Positions 8,715 through 16,375 of a stretch of DNA of 64,000 nucleotides are shown here, piece by piece. The notes under the pieces were generated by a model. That model was not told the DNA's origin and did not search any database. It saw nothing but the letters and a program-made list of their open reading frames with translations. This stretch comes from Eubacteriales bacterium (GTDB lineage: Bacteria > Bacillota > Clostridia > Oscillospirales > CAG-272). Location: NCBI GenBank assembly GCA_045654585.1, contig JAZONS010000053.1, positions 19,950-83,949 of the forward strand, written 5' to 3'. Position 1 is the first letter of the stretch. Every line of letters starts with the position of its first letter. The position numbers were made by a program, and so were the translations under genes.

Positions 8715-9497
8715 ATGAAAATAACCTTTCTCGGAACAAGCCACGGCATCACGGAGCCCGATAGATTCACCTCCGCGACACTCCTTACCGTAGGCGATAA
8801 AAACTACCTTATCGATGCGGGCGCTCCGATAATGAAGCTTTTGCAGGTTTACGGCGCAAATTTTAACACGCTCTCGGATATATTTATCACCCACTCGCAT
8901 GCAGACCACTATCTCGGACTCGTTGAGTTCGTCAACCAGATGGAGAGTTTCAAGCAGTTCGAGGGAGTCAGCGTTAAGATACACGGCCCCGAGCTCTTCC
9001 CCTACGAAGAGATGCGCACCTTCCTTTTCGGCGAAGGCGATCTGAAATCGCATAAGCTCGGCGGAAACAGGCACGAGAGCGATGACGGATCCTCGAGAAT
9101 ATCGTTCGAAAGATACTCGGAGGGTGAAATATTCAACGACGGCACCTTGAAGATAACCGCGTATAAAACACGCCACTTTGCCGACTCGCATTCACTTCTT
9201 GTTGAGGCGGAGGGCAAGAGGATACTCTTCACGGGCGATCTCAGGCACGATCTGCTTGATTTCCCTTACGCGGCGCTTGAAACCGCAGCTGACCTTATCG
9301 TAATGGAGGGCGCGCACGCACGCCTTTCCACCGAGCCGATACTTAACGTCCTGAAACCACTTAACACAAAGAGTATGATAATCAACCACATCTTCCCCGA
9401 CTTCAACGGAGAGGAATCGATGAAGGTTACCGTTTCCGCTCTTGCGGAAAGCTATCCCGTGACAGCGGCATACGACGGATATTCGACGGAAATATAA
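8715..9497 (+). CDS. MBL-fold metallo-hydrolase
   Basis: HxHxDH motif (ITHSHADHYLGL) plus later His/Asp ligand positions. AAGGAG RBS. Confidence 0.7.
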   Translation: MKITFLGTSHGITEPDRFTSATLLTVGDKNYLIDAGAPIMKLLQVYGANFNTLSDIFITHSHADHYLGLVEFVNQMESFKQFEGVSVKIHGPELFPYEEMRTFLFGEGDLKSHKLGGNRHESDDGSSRISFERYSEGEIFNDGTLKITAYKTRHFADSHSLLVEAEGKRILFTGDLRHDLLDFPYAALETAADLIVMEGAHARLSTEPILNVLKPLNTKSMIINHIFPDFNGEESMKVTVSALAESYPVTAAYDGYSTEI

Positions 9498-9520
9498 CAA
9501 ATTTGAACACTATTGTTTAC

Positions 9521-9575
9521 AAAATAAAAGCATCCGACTCGGCAATTACCAAAATCGGATGCTTTTATTATTTTC
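9521..9575. terminator. Bidirectional intrinsic terminator between convergent genes
   Basis: 12-bp perfect stem aaaagcatccga / tcggatgctttt (9526-9537 / 9555-9566), with T-tracts on both strands. Confidence 0.8.
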
Positions 9576-9653
9576 TGTTATCTTTTGTTATGCTTCATTA
9601 TGCTCGGATATGAAAAAGTCTTGGATAGCCGAGGTCGCACGCGCTCGCACTTC

Positions 9654-10673
9654 TTACCAGGGCTGCTTGAGTATATTACCCTGAAGATACTTGCGGCAGG
9701 GATCGTCCTCTGCGACGTCACCTCTTACGATAAGGTTTTCAAATACGCCCAGACCGCCCTCTTCGCCGACACGGAGAATCTTGTTTTCCGCCTCCTGACC
9801 TCTGAATCCGACCTTAGCGTTCATAACGAGAGCATTAAACTTGCCCTCTGCCTCAAAGCCGATATGGCAGATCTCTCTTGGGCTGTACCAATAAGAAACA
9901 CAGCTATCGTAGCGGTTATAAAGAACTCTCTTAGTCATATAGAAGCCGATAGCGAAGTGGTCGCTATAGCAAGAATCATACCAGTTATCACCCGTATTGT
10001 CGAAGAAGCCGTAGCTATGCTCGTAATCAAAATACTTGCATGTGTAGAGCGGGTGGATATTTCTCATTATCGTGCCCGAGCCGAGAAGCTTTACTCCTAT
10101 CTGCACATCGGCAATACGCATATTGGTGAGCGAATTATCACTTCCCTCAATAAGAACGCCTATCGAATCGGGCGCGCCGTTACCGACGATATTTACCTGG
10201 AAAACGTCGGCATCCGAGGAATTACTGTTCGCCCCGTGTTTGATATGGATACCTATTTTGGTGTGCTTTATCGAAACGTCGTGAATAGAGGTTTCACGTC
10301 CGCCGTCTATCGAAATACCGTTCGCCTTGCCGTTTCCGTCAACGATACCGCCCGCGAAATAGTAGTTGCTTCCAACCGTTCTGATATCGTTAGCTCTATG
10401 AGTTTCGCCAAGACGTATCATAGCCTCGTCACTATCCCAATCGTCGCTTGCCTTGAGCATAGCGTATGCCGAAAGGCAGAGGGACACGCTGAGGGTGGGC
10501 TCTGCGGGCGTCATTACAGGGTGGGAGAGAATATAAGTTCCGTCAGGGAAATAAATAGTTCTGTTCGGGTTCTCGTCGATAAGTCGCTGAAGCGCATCCG
10601 CGCAGTCCGCAGAACCGTCGTTTTTCATATAGTTTGCTGCGTTGAGCATATGCTCGTTTGGAAAGTGAAGCAT
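9654..10673 (-). CDS. Right-handed beta-helix protein of the pectate-lyase superfamily (GH28/GH55-related); no signal peptide
   Basis: The N-terminal motif DGSADCADALQRLIDENPNRTIYFPDGTYIL is the hallmark of the Pectate_lyase_3-type domain. It is followed by repetitive G/N/I-rich coils (IVDGNGKANGISIDGG..IHDVSIKHTKIGIHI). AGGAG RBS. Confidence 0.7.
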   Translation of the reverse strand: MLHFPNEHMLNAANYMKNDGSADCADALQRLIDENPNRTIYFPDGTYILSHPVMTPAEPTLSVSLCLSAYAMLKASDDWDSDEAMIRLGETHRANDIRTVGSNYYFAGGIVDGNGKANGISIDGGRETSIHDVSIKHTKIGIHIKHGANSNSSDADVFQVNIVGNGAPDSIGVLIEGSDNSLTNMRIADVQIGVKLLGSGTIMRNIHPLYTCKYFDYEHSYGFFDNTGDNWYDSCYSDHFAIGFYMTKRVLYNRYDSCVSYWYSPREICHIGFEAEGKFNALVMNAKVGFRGQEAENKILRVGEEGGLGVFENLIVRGDVAEDDPCRKYLQGNILKQPW

Positions 10674-10769
10674 AATCTGACTCCTTTTCTCAATTGTTCT
10701 TTTTCAGAATCCGTACGTGCCGTTTTCTTCTGTCGATTTTGGGTTACCCCTTTTAATTATACAACATTA

Positions 10770-10805
10770 CTCCTTTGGTGGCAAGGGAGATTTTTTTATT
10801 TTTTT
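10770..10805 (+). terminator. Terminator-like hairpin plus T-tract, oriented on the plus strand between two minus-strand genes
   Basis: ctcctttggtggcaagggag (7-bp stem, 6-nt loop) followed by aTTTTTTTaTTTTTTT. The minus-strand reading has only an A-tract upstream and no U-tract. Confidence 0.45.
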
Positions 10806-10845
10806 GCACTATATTCCACTTTTAATTGGAATTTGTCAAGAAAAA

Positions 10846-11388
10846 TCATTTTACCATTCCGTAGCCGCCCGCATACTTGCTGACCTCGGAGGCTACGACG
10901 AACACTTTATTGTCACAGCATTTGCGGATTTCCTTGAGCGCCGCGGGCGTTTCCCTTCTCGGAAGAACGATGAATATCATATTCATCTTATCCTTTGAGC
11001 CGCGCCCCTCGAAAACGGTATATCCGCGGTTCTCCCGTTTGAGATATTCTGTTATTTTTTCGGTACTTTCGTCGCTTGCTATAAGCTCGAGGTTAGACGT
11101 ACCGAGCGCGATTTTGTTCTCTATCGTCGAGCCGAGGAAGAGTCCCGTCGCGTAGCCTACGCAATAGAAAAGAAGCAAGAAGAGGTTATCTCCGAGCGTT
11201 CCGATTATCGTTGAGATAACAAGACCCCAGATCGTGCATTCGACGAAGCCGAGCCCTGCCGCCTTTAGTCTTTGACCCTTTACCATCATACAGGTCTTAA
11301 GAGATTGTATCGATATTTCAATTATCTTCGCCGCGCACACGATAAAGCACACGAGCACGGGCGGTATTGATGCTAAAAATTCTGACAT
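10846..11388 (-). CDS. UPF0316-family membrane protein (DUF2179-type C-terminal domain)
   Basis: Three N-terminal TM helices (..AAKIIEISIQSLKTCMMVKGQRL..), then a small soluble domain (IASDESTEKITEYLKRENRGYTVFEGRG). AAGGAG RBS. Confidence 0.7.
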   Translation of the reverse strand: MSEFLASIPPVLVCFIVCAAKIIEISIQSLKTCMMVKGQRLKAAGLGFVECTIWGLVISTIIGTLGDNLFLLLFYCVGYATGLFLGSTIENKIALGTSNLELIASDESTEKITEYLKRENRGYTVFEGRGSKDKMNMIFIVLPRRETPAALKEIRKCCDNKVFVVASEVSKYAGGYGMVK

Positions 11389-11530
11389 TTGTTCTCCTTT
11401 TTATATTTCTTTGCTTTTTAATAGCGAGAGGCGCGTTTACCGAATCCCGCCTATCAAAAAATATTTTATCATAATATTATGAATATTTCAAGAAAAAGCA
11501 TCAAAAATAAGCTCTCGAGATTATCTTTAA

Positions 11531-11586
11531 ATGCAAAAATAATGGGTAGAGGTACCGATTTCGATACTTCTACCCATGTTTTATTC
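11531..11586 (-). terminator. Intrinsic terminator downstream of rhaD (usable in both directions)
   Basis: Long hairpin atgggtagaggta...tacttctacccat (11542-11577), with T-tracts on both strands. Confidence 0.75.
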
Positions 11587-11671
11587 GGTTGCGCCCGAAT
11601 ACGAAAGCCCTCGGGCAAACGAATTCTGCGAGGAATTATTCAGTTTCGTCTTCGTGCGAATGTCAAGAGGA

Positions 11672-12484
11672 TCAGTCAAGATAATCCTTTTTGTAATCGA
11701 GTCCGAATACTGCCGCGAGGTCGCGAAGCTCGTTATCCTTGATCTCGTTCTTTCTCTCCTGACCCGCGGTAAGCATATAAAGCTGCGCCGCTTTCTCTAC
11801 GGTCTCAACAAGTCCGAACGCCTCGTCGAGGTCACGACCCGTGCCGTAAATGCCGTGAGTTGTCCAGATGCATATTCTGCAGTTTTCAAGCTTCTTTGCG
11901 GTAGCGATACCGATATCGTTTGTTCCGCAAACCATCCAGGGAAGCACGCCTACTCCCTCGGGGAATACTACGATAGACTCGGTCTGCATCTTCCAGAGCG
12001 CTCTTGTGAACTCTCTCTCGTCGGGACCGAGGATAAGGGACATTGCGATAGTGTTGGTCGCGTGAGTGTGCATTACCACTCTGTGCGCAGGGTCAACCTT
12101 AAGTCTTGTCATATGGCTCATAAGGTGCGCGGGAAGCTCACTCGTGAACTTGCCTCCGTCGCTATAACCCCAAAGAAGATCGCAGGACTTACCGTCCTCC
12201 GCTATTCTGATAATACCGAGATTGTTCTCGGGATCGTACTGAACGTTCTTGAAATACTTGCCCGTTCCGGTAACGAGGAAGATCTTTCCTACGATCTCGG
12301 ATGCGTCGAATGACATAGGGATATTGCGGATTACCTTCGAGGTATCAAGATATCCCTCGATATCCTCATCGTAAAGAAGGTACGAGAGGTTACCGCCGTT
12401 ACGCTCGTCCCAGCCGAGTCTGTAAAGATTGGTAAGTGTTCTTACCGTTTCAACCATAAAGGGTGCTTCAAGTATATTTTTCAT
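11672..12484 (-). CDS. rhaD: Rhamnulose-1-phosphate aldolase
   Basis: Collinear with E. coli RhaD motifs: GWDERNGGNLS, FLVTGTGKYFKNVQ, ELPAHLMSH, VMHTHATN, VFPEGVGVLPWM. Confidence 0.9.
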   Translation of the reverse strand: MKNILEAPFMVETVRTLTNLYRLGWDERNGGNLSYLLYDEDIEGYLDTSKVIRNIPMSFDASEIVGKIFLVTGTGKYFKNVQYDPENNLGIIRIAEDGKSCDLLWGYSDGGKFTSELPAHLMSHMTRLKVDPAHRVVMHTHATNTIAMSLILGPDEREFTRALWKMQTESIVVFPEGVGVLPWMVCGTNDIGIATAKKLENCRICIWTTHGIYGTGRDLDEAFGLVETVEKAAQLYMLTAGQERKNEIKDNELRDLAAVFGLDYKKDYLD

Positions 12485-12538
12485 TGTAATTTCTCCTTAT
12501 ATGTATTATATTGCAAACAATTGTTGTCTTTTTAATCG

Positions 12539-13783
12539 TTATCTCTTTGAGAGGACCTCGCGCTCGTACTCGTCAACCTCGTCCATCCAGCTCATGCCAA
12601 CAGGCGCGCCGACTCTCTTGCAGTACTCGTCAAACACCTCGCCGAATGGGAAGGTCTTAAGCTCCTCGGAGAGAGCGAGCATCTTCGTGTAGTTTGCCTC
12701 ATCCTGATAGCCGCGGAGCTGCTCGGAGGGGAGAAGGAGCGCGGAAAGGAGAGCCTTCTGCATATTTCTTGCGCCTACTACCCATGCGGCAATACGGTTG
12801 ACTGATGCGTCGAAGTAATCAAGAGCGATAAACACTCTGTCAAGCGCGTCATTTCTTACTATCTCCTTTGCAATCTCACGAGTTTCATCGTCAAGAATAA
12901 CCACGTGGTCGGAGTCCCAACGTACGGAGCGTGTTACGTGGAGCGCGATTTTTTCATTAAAGAGGAGAAGCGAGGATATCTTATCCGAAACGACCTCGGT
13001 GGGATGATAATGACCGTTATCCATAAGAGGGGTGATACCCGCTTTAGTAGAGTAAGAGAGGCAGAACTCTGCCGAGCCTACGGTGTAGGACTCGAGTCCG
13101 ATGCCGAACACCTTCGACTCAAGGGTAACGTAAACCTTCGACTTGTCGTAAGGGATAGAGAGTATCTCGTCGAGGGATTTTTTGAATCTTGCCCTCGGAC
13201 CGAGTCTGTCTGCGGGGATCTCCTTATATCCGTCGGGAATCCAGTAGTTGATAACGCAGGGCTCACCTGTTTCATTTGCGAAATATTCTGCTATCTTTAA
13301 GCACGCCTTGCCGTGTTCTACCCAGAACTTACGTGTTGCCTCGTCGGGAGAGGAGAGAGTGAGATTGTCCTTTACGTTAGGATGAGCGAAGAAGGTGGGG
13401 TTAAAATCAATGCCCATTCCTCTCTCCTTCGCAAACTTAACCCACTTTGCGAAATGCTTCGGCAAAAGCGCATCTCTGTTTGCATACTCGCCGTTCTCAA
13501 AAATAGCGTAGCTTGCGTGAAGGTTGAGCTTTTTTTTGCCCGGGATAAGCGAGAACGCCTTATCGATATCCGCCATAAGCTCGTCGGGAGTCGTTGCCTT
13601 GCCGGGGTAGTTACCCGTGGTCTGAATGCCGCCCGAAAGCGCCTCCTTTGAGTCGAAGCCGGAAACATCATCTCCCTGCCAGCAGTGGATTGATACGGGA
13701 ACGTTCTTAAGTATCTCCATAGCGGCATCGGTGTTTATGCCGAGCTCGGCATATTTAGCCTTTGCGTATTCGTAGTTTGTCAT
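12539..13783 (-). CDS. rhaA: L-rhamnose isomerase
   Basis: SIHCWQGDDVSGF and the overall RhaA pattern. The ATG at 13783 (MTNYEY..) with an upstream AAGGA is preferred over the ORF-track GTG at 13801. Confidence 0.93.
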   Translation of the reverse strand: MTNYEYAKAKYAELGINTDAAMEILKNVPVSIHCWQGDDVSGFDSKEALSGGIQTTGNYPGKATTPDELMADIDKAFSLIPGKKKLNLHASYAIFENGEYANRDALLPKHFAKWVKFAKERGMGIDFNPTFFAHPNVKDNLTLSSPDEATRKFWVEHGKACLKIAEYFANETGEPCVINYWIPDGYKEIPADRLGPRARFKKSLDEILSIPYDKSKVYVTLESKVFGIGLESYTVGSAEFCLSYSTKAGITPLMDNGHYHPTEVVSDKISSLLLFNEKIALHVTRSVRWDSDHVVILDDETREIAKEIVRNDALDRVFIALDYFDASVNRIAAWVVGARNMQKALLSALLLPSEQLRGYQDEANYTKMLALSEELKTFPFGEVFDEYCKRVGAPVGMSWMDEVDEYEREVLSKR

Positions 13784-13816
13784 AATATATTTTCCTTTCA
13801 CATTATAATCCTTACG

Positions 13817-15130
13817 TTATGCTTTTCTCTTCATCTGAGTTCTGAGGTTTCCAACCGCCGTTGCCTCAATAGGAAGAGCTATAACACGCTTACCCGTGTG
13901 CTTTTCCGTAAGCGCATTGAGGTAATCGTTTTTCGCGCCGCCGCCAACGATGTATATTTCATTATACTGCGCGCCGGTATTGTTTTCCATGTCCGCTATA
14001 GCCTCGGCATAGCAGCATGCAAGGCTCTTATATGCGCTCTTGAAATAGTCGGCATTCTCCTTTGGAAGTGCCTTTCCGTGTCCGAAAAGATATGCGTCTA
14101 TCGCACTCTTCATACTCTCGGGCGCGGTGAACATACCGTCGTTTACGTCGAAGGTCTCTTCAAAATTGCTCGCCTCGGCAAGCTTTACGATATCTCCGAA
14201 CGATACGTCGGGGCAAAGCTCGGCTCTGAGGTTCTGAACTATCCACATACCCGTAATATTAATCTGATATCTGTTATAGTTAACGCCGCCCTCGTTCGAG
14301 TAGTTCGAGATTCTGCTTTTCTCGTCGGTGATTGCCATGGGAGTTTTAACTCCGAGAAGCGACCATGTTCCCGAGGAGATATAAGGAGCATTATCCGCCA
14401 TATCAATAGCCTCGACCGCGCTCGCGGTATCGTGAGTCGGGCAAAGCACAACGAGTATCTCCGCGCCGACGCGCTTTGCGATATCCGTTTTGAGCTTTCC
14501 TACCGCAGTTCCGGGGAAGGCAAGATTTGCGTCAAGTGCTATCGGAAGTCCGAGGCAGGACCATATCTTTCTGTCAAATCTGCCCGTCATCGCGTTTACC
14601 ATACCCGTGGTAGTTGCGTTCGTATATTCCTTTATCTTATTTCCCGTAAGCTTATACATAAGATATTCGGGCATCATAAGGAAGTCGGTAGCTCCGTCAA
14701 GTCTGCCGGAGAGCTTATCTGCGTAGAGCTGATATATAGTGTTGAACTTCTGGAACTGGATACCCGTATGCTCATAAAGAGTTTTGAACGGAATGAGCTT
14801 ATGCACCTCGTCCACTACCGTATCTGTTCTTGCATCGCGGTAAGCATATACGGGGCGTACCTCCTCTTCATCTCTTAGTACAACGTAGTCAACTCCCCAG
14901 GTATCAATGGAAAGGCTCTCGATCTTGGGATACTTTTTTACCGAGATCTCAATTCCACGCACTACCTCCTCAAACAGCCTGTCAACATCCCATACGAGAT
15001 GACCGTCAACCGAATCCATGCCGTTCGGAAAGCGGTACGTTTCTTCGGTCCTGATCTCACCGTTCTCCTCGTATCCTATAATGTGCCTTCCGCTTGAAGC
15101 GCCAATATCAATAGCGAGATAATATTTCAT
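13817..15130 (-). CDS. rhaB: Rhamnulokinase (FGGY carbohydrate kinase family)
   Basis: N-terminal MKYYLAIDIGASSGR, FGGY-type C-terminal IYIVGGGAKNDYLNALTEKHTGKRV, and position in the rha operon. GAGGAG RBS. Confidence 0.85.
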   Translation of the reverse strand: MKYYLAIDIGASSGRHIIGYEENGEIRTEETYRFPNGMDSVDGHLVWDVDRLFEEVVRGIEISVKKYPKIESLSIDTWGVDYVVLRDEEEVRPVYAYRDARTDTVVDEVHKLIPFKTLYEHTGIQFQKFNTIYQLYADKLSGRLDGATDFLMMPEYLMYKLTGNKIKEYTNATTTGMVNAMTGRFDRKIWSCLGLPIALDANLAFPGTAVGKLKTDIAKRVGAEILVVLCPTHDTASAVEAIDMADNAPYISSGTWSLLGVKTPMAITDEKSRISNYSNEGGVNYNRYQINITGMWIVQNLRAELCPDVSFGDIVKLAEASNFEETFDVNDGMFTAPESMKSAIDAYLFGHGKALPKENADYFKSAYKSLACCYAEAIADMENNTGAQYNEIYIVGGGAKNDYLNALTEKHTGKRVIALPIEATAVGNLRTQMKRKA

Positions 15131-15184
15131 AGCTCTCTCCTCAGATAAAGTTGTTTTGATAAGATTATTTTATCTAGTATTATC

Positions 15185-15213
15185 ATTTTAACATACATTA
15201 CACGCATATGCAA
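15185..15213 (-). promoter_or_regulatory. Candidate rhaBAD promoter
   Basis: The minus strand reads TTGCAT, 17 nt, TAAAAT, about 55 nt upstream of the rhaB ATG. A direct repeat TTGCATA (15207-15213 and 15224-15230) overlaps and precedes the -35. Confidence 0.5.
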
Positions 15214-15256
15214 GGTTTAAAATTATGCAAAAAACTGTCCTGATTTATTTTTTCTA

Positions 15257-15285
15257 TTGAAAATACGGTTGCAATATGTTAAAAT
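15257..15285 (+). promoter_or_regulatory. Candidate promoter of the AraC-family regulator
   Basis: TTGAAA (15257-15262), 17 nt, TAAAAT (15280-15285). Confidence 0.5.
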
Positions 15286-15312
15286 AGGTACAAAACGAAA
15301 AGGAGATGCCGT

Positions 15313-16290
15313 ATGGAAAGCTTTTTGTTAAAAAAGATATCGGCGGTTACCGACGAGGAGAACGAGATACTTACGGGTAACGCGCTCGACCGCGGAAGGT
15401 ATACGGGCGGCGGTGATTTTATCGTCGATACCGAGCGGCTGATGCGGGACGGACGGGATATTTCCGTCAGAACACACACGCGTTACACGGATTTTCCCTT
15501 ACATAAGCACAATTATCTCGAGATGATGATAGTCCTCTCGGGAAGTATCACCCATATAATATCAGATGAAGAAATAACGCTCACCGAGGGTGATATCATT
15601 ATACTGAACAAACACGTTTCTCACTCGATAAAGAGAACCGATACGCCCGATATAGGTGTAAATATCATTATTTCCGACAATTTTGCGGAATCCCTCTCAA
15701 AGGAGCTTTCCGAAACAGTCTTCTCGGAGCTTGCCGAGCAGAATTCGAGGTCCGACGGCAGCGGAATATATCTCTGCTTTGAAACCAAGGGAAAGAAACA
15801 GATATCAAACATCATAGAAAATCTGCTCTTTGAGCTTACCGAGTATTCCGCGGATATGCAGATACTCCGCTTTACCACAAGCCTTCTTTTCTACTACCTT
15901 TCAAGAAAGAGCGAAAAGCTTTTGAAGCTCGCATCAAGACTACCCGACAGGGACGGTATGCGGCGCTCGACCGTTATCGGTTACATAAGGAGCAACTATA
16001 AGCGCGCAACGCTCACCGAGCTATCCGAGATAATGTTTCTTTCACCGCCTTATCTTTCAAAGATAATCGCGGAGCTTTTCGGAAAGAGCTTCAAGGAGCT
16101 TTTGCTGGATGAAAGAATGCGGCGCGCAACCGAGCTTATCTTAAAGAGCGATCTCCCGATAGGCGATATCATCGGAAGCATCGGATACGAAAATGAGTCG
16201 TATTTCCATAGAGAATTCAGAAAAAGGAACGGAAAAACTCCGCTTATGATGCGAAAGCTCTCAAAAGACATCAAAGATAAAAGCACTTAG
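15313..16290 (+). CDS. AraC-family transcriptional regulator (cupin sensor domain plus double HTH); likely the rhamnose regulator
   Basis: N-terminal cupin-like block (FPLHKHNYLEMMIVLSG), C-terminal AraC HTH (IGDIIGSIGYENESYFHREFRKRNGKTPLMMRK), and divergent orientation to rhaBAD. Stop is TAG. Confidence 0.85.
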   Translation: MESFLLKKISAVTDEENEILTGNALDRGRYTGGGDFIVDTERLMRDGRDISVRTHTRYTDFPLHKHNYLEMMIVLSGSITHIISDEEITLTEGDIIILNKHVSHSIKRTDTPDIGVNIIISDNFAESLSKELSETVFSELAEQNSRSDGSGIYLCFETKGKKQISNIIENLLFELTEYSADMQILRFTTSLLFYYLSRKSEKLLKLASRLPDRDGMRRSTVIGYIRSNYKRATLTELSEIMFLSPPYLSKIIAELFGKSFKELLLDERMRRATELILKSDLPIGDIIGSIGYENESYFHREFRKRNGKTPLMMRKLSKDIKDKST

Positions 16291-16316
16291 CGTTTTTCTC
16301 ATACTTTTATTCGCTA

Positions 16317-16345
16317 TTGACATTTAACAAAAAGGGTATTACAAT
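16317..16345 (+). promoter_or_regulatory. Sigma-A type promoter
   Basis: TTGACA, 17 nt, TACAAT, about 30 nt upstream of the ATG at 16376. Confidence 0.6.
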
Positions 16346-16375
16346 AATAATATATTTTTCACTTGGAGGAAAATT

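Noticed and set aside
9585-10883. 432-aa plus-strand ORF covering the whole beta-helix gene in antisense
   Set aside because: The minus-strand frame carries the pectate-lyase-superfamily N-terminal hallmark and a good RBS. The plus-strand translation has no recognisable features and runs through an intergenic promoter and terminator region.
13898-14878. Other long antisense ORFs: 13898-14878 in rhaB, 26105-27070 in lacZ, 19736-20530 and 20543-21310 in the acyl-CoA ligase, 57077-58012 in the lipoprotein gene, 62975-63757 in the GldG-like gene, 28513-29127 in the GerA-family gene
   Set aside because: Each lies opposite a gene with clear family motifs and lacks RBS or motif support. I treat them as a compositional artefact, not as overlapping genes.
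16288-16290. Idea that TAG is reassigned genome-wide, prompted by the in-frame TAG in flotillin and the rarity of TAG stops
   Set aside because: The AraC-family gene terminates at TAG at the expected distance after its HTH, and the following frame is only ten unremarkable codons. No other gene in the window looks split by a TAG. A local nonsense change or sequencing error in flotillin is more parsimonious.
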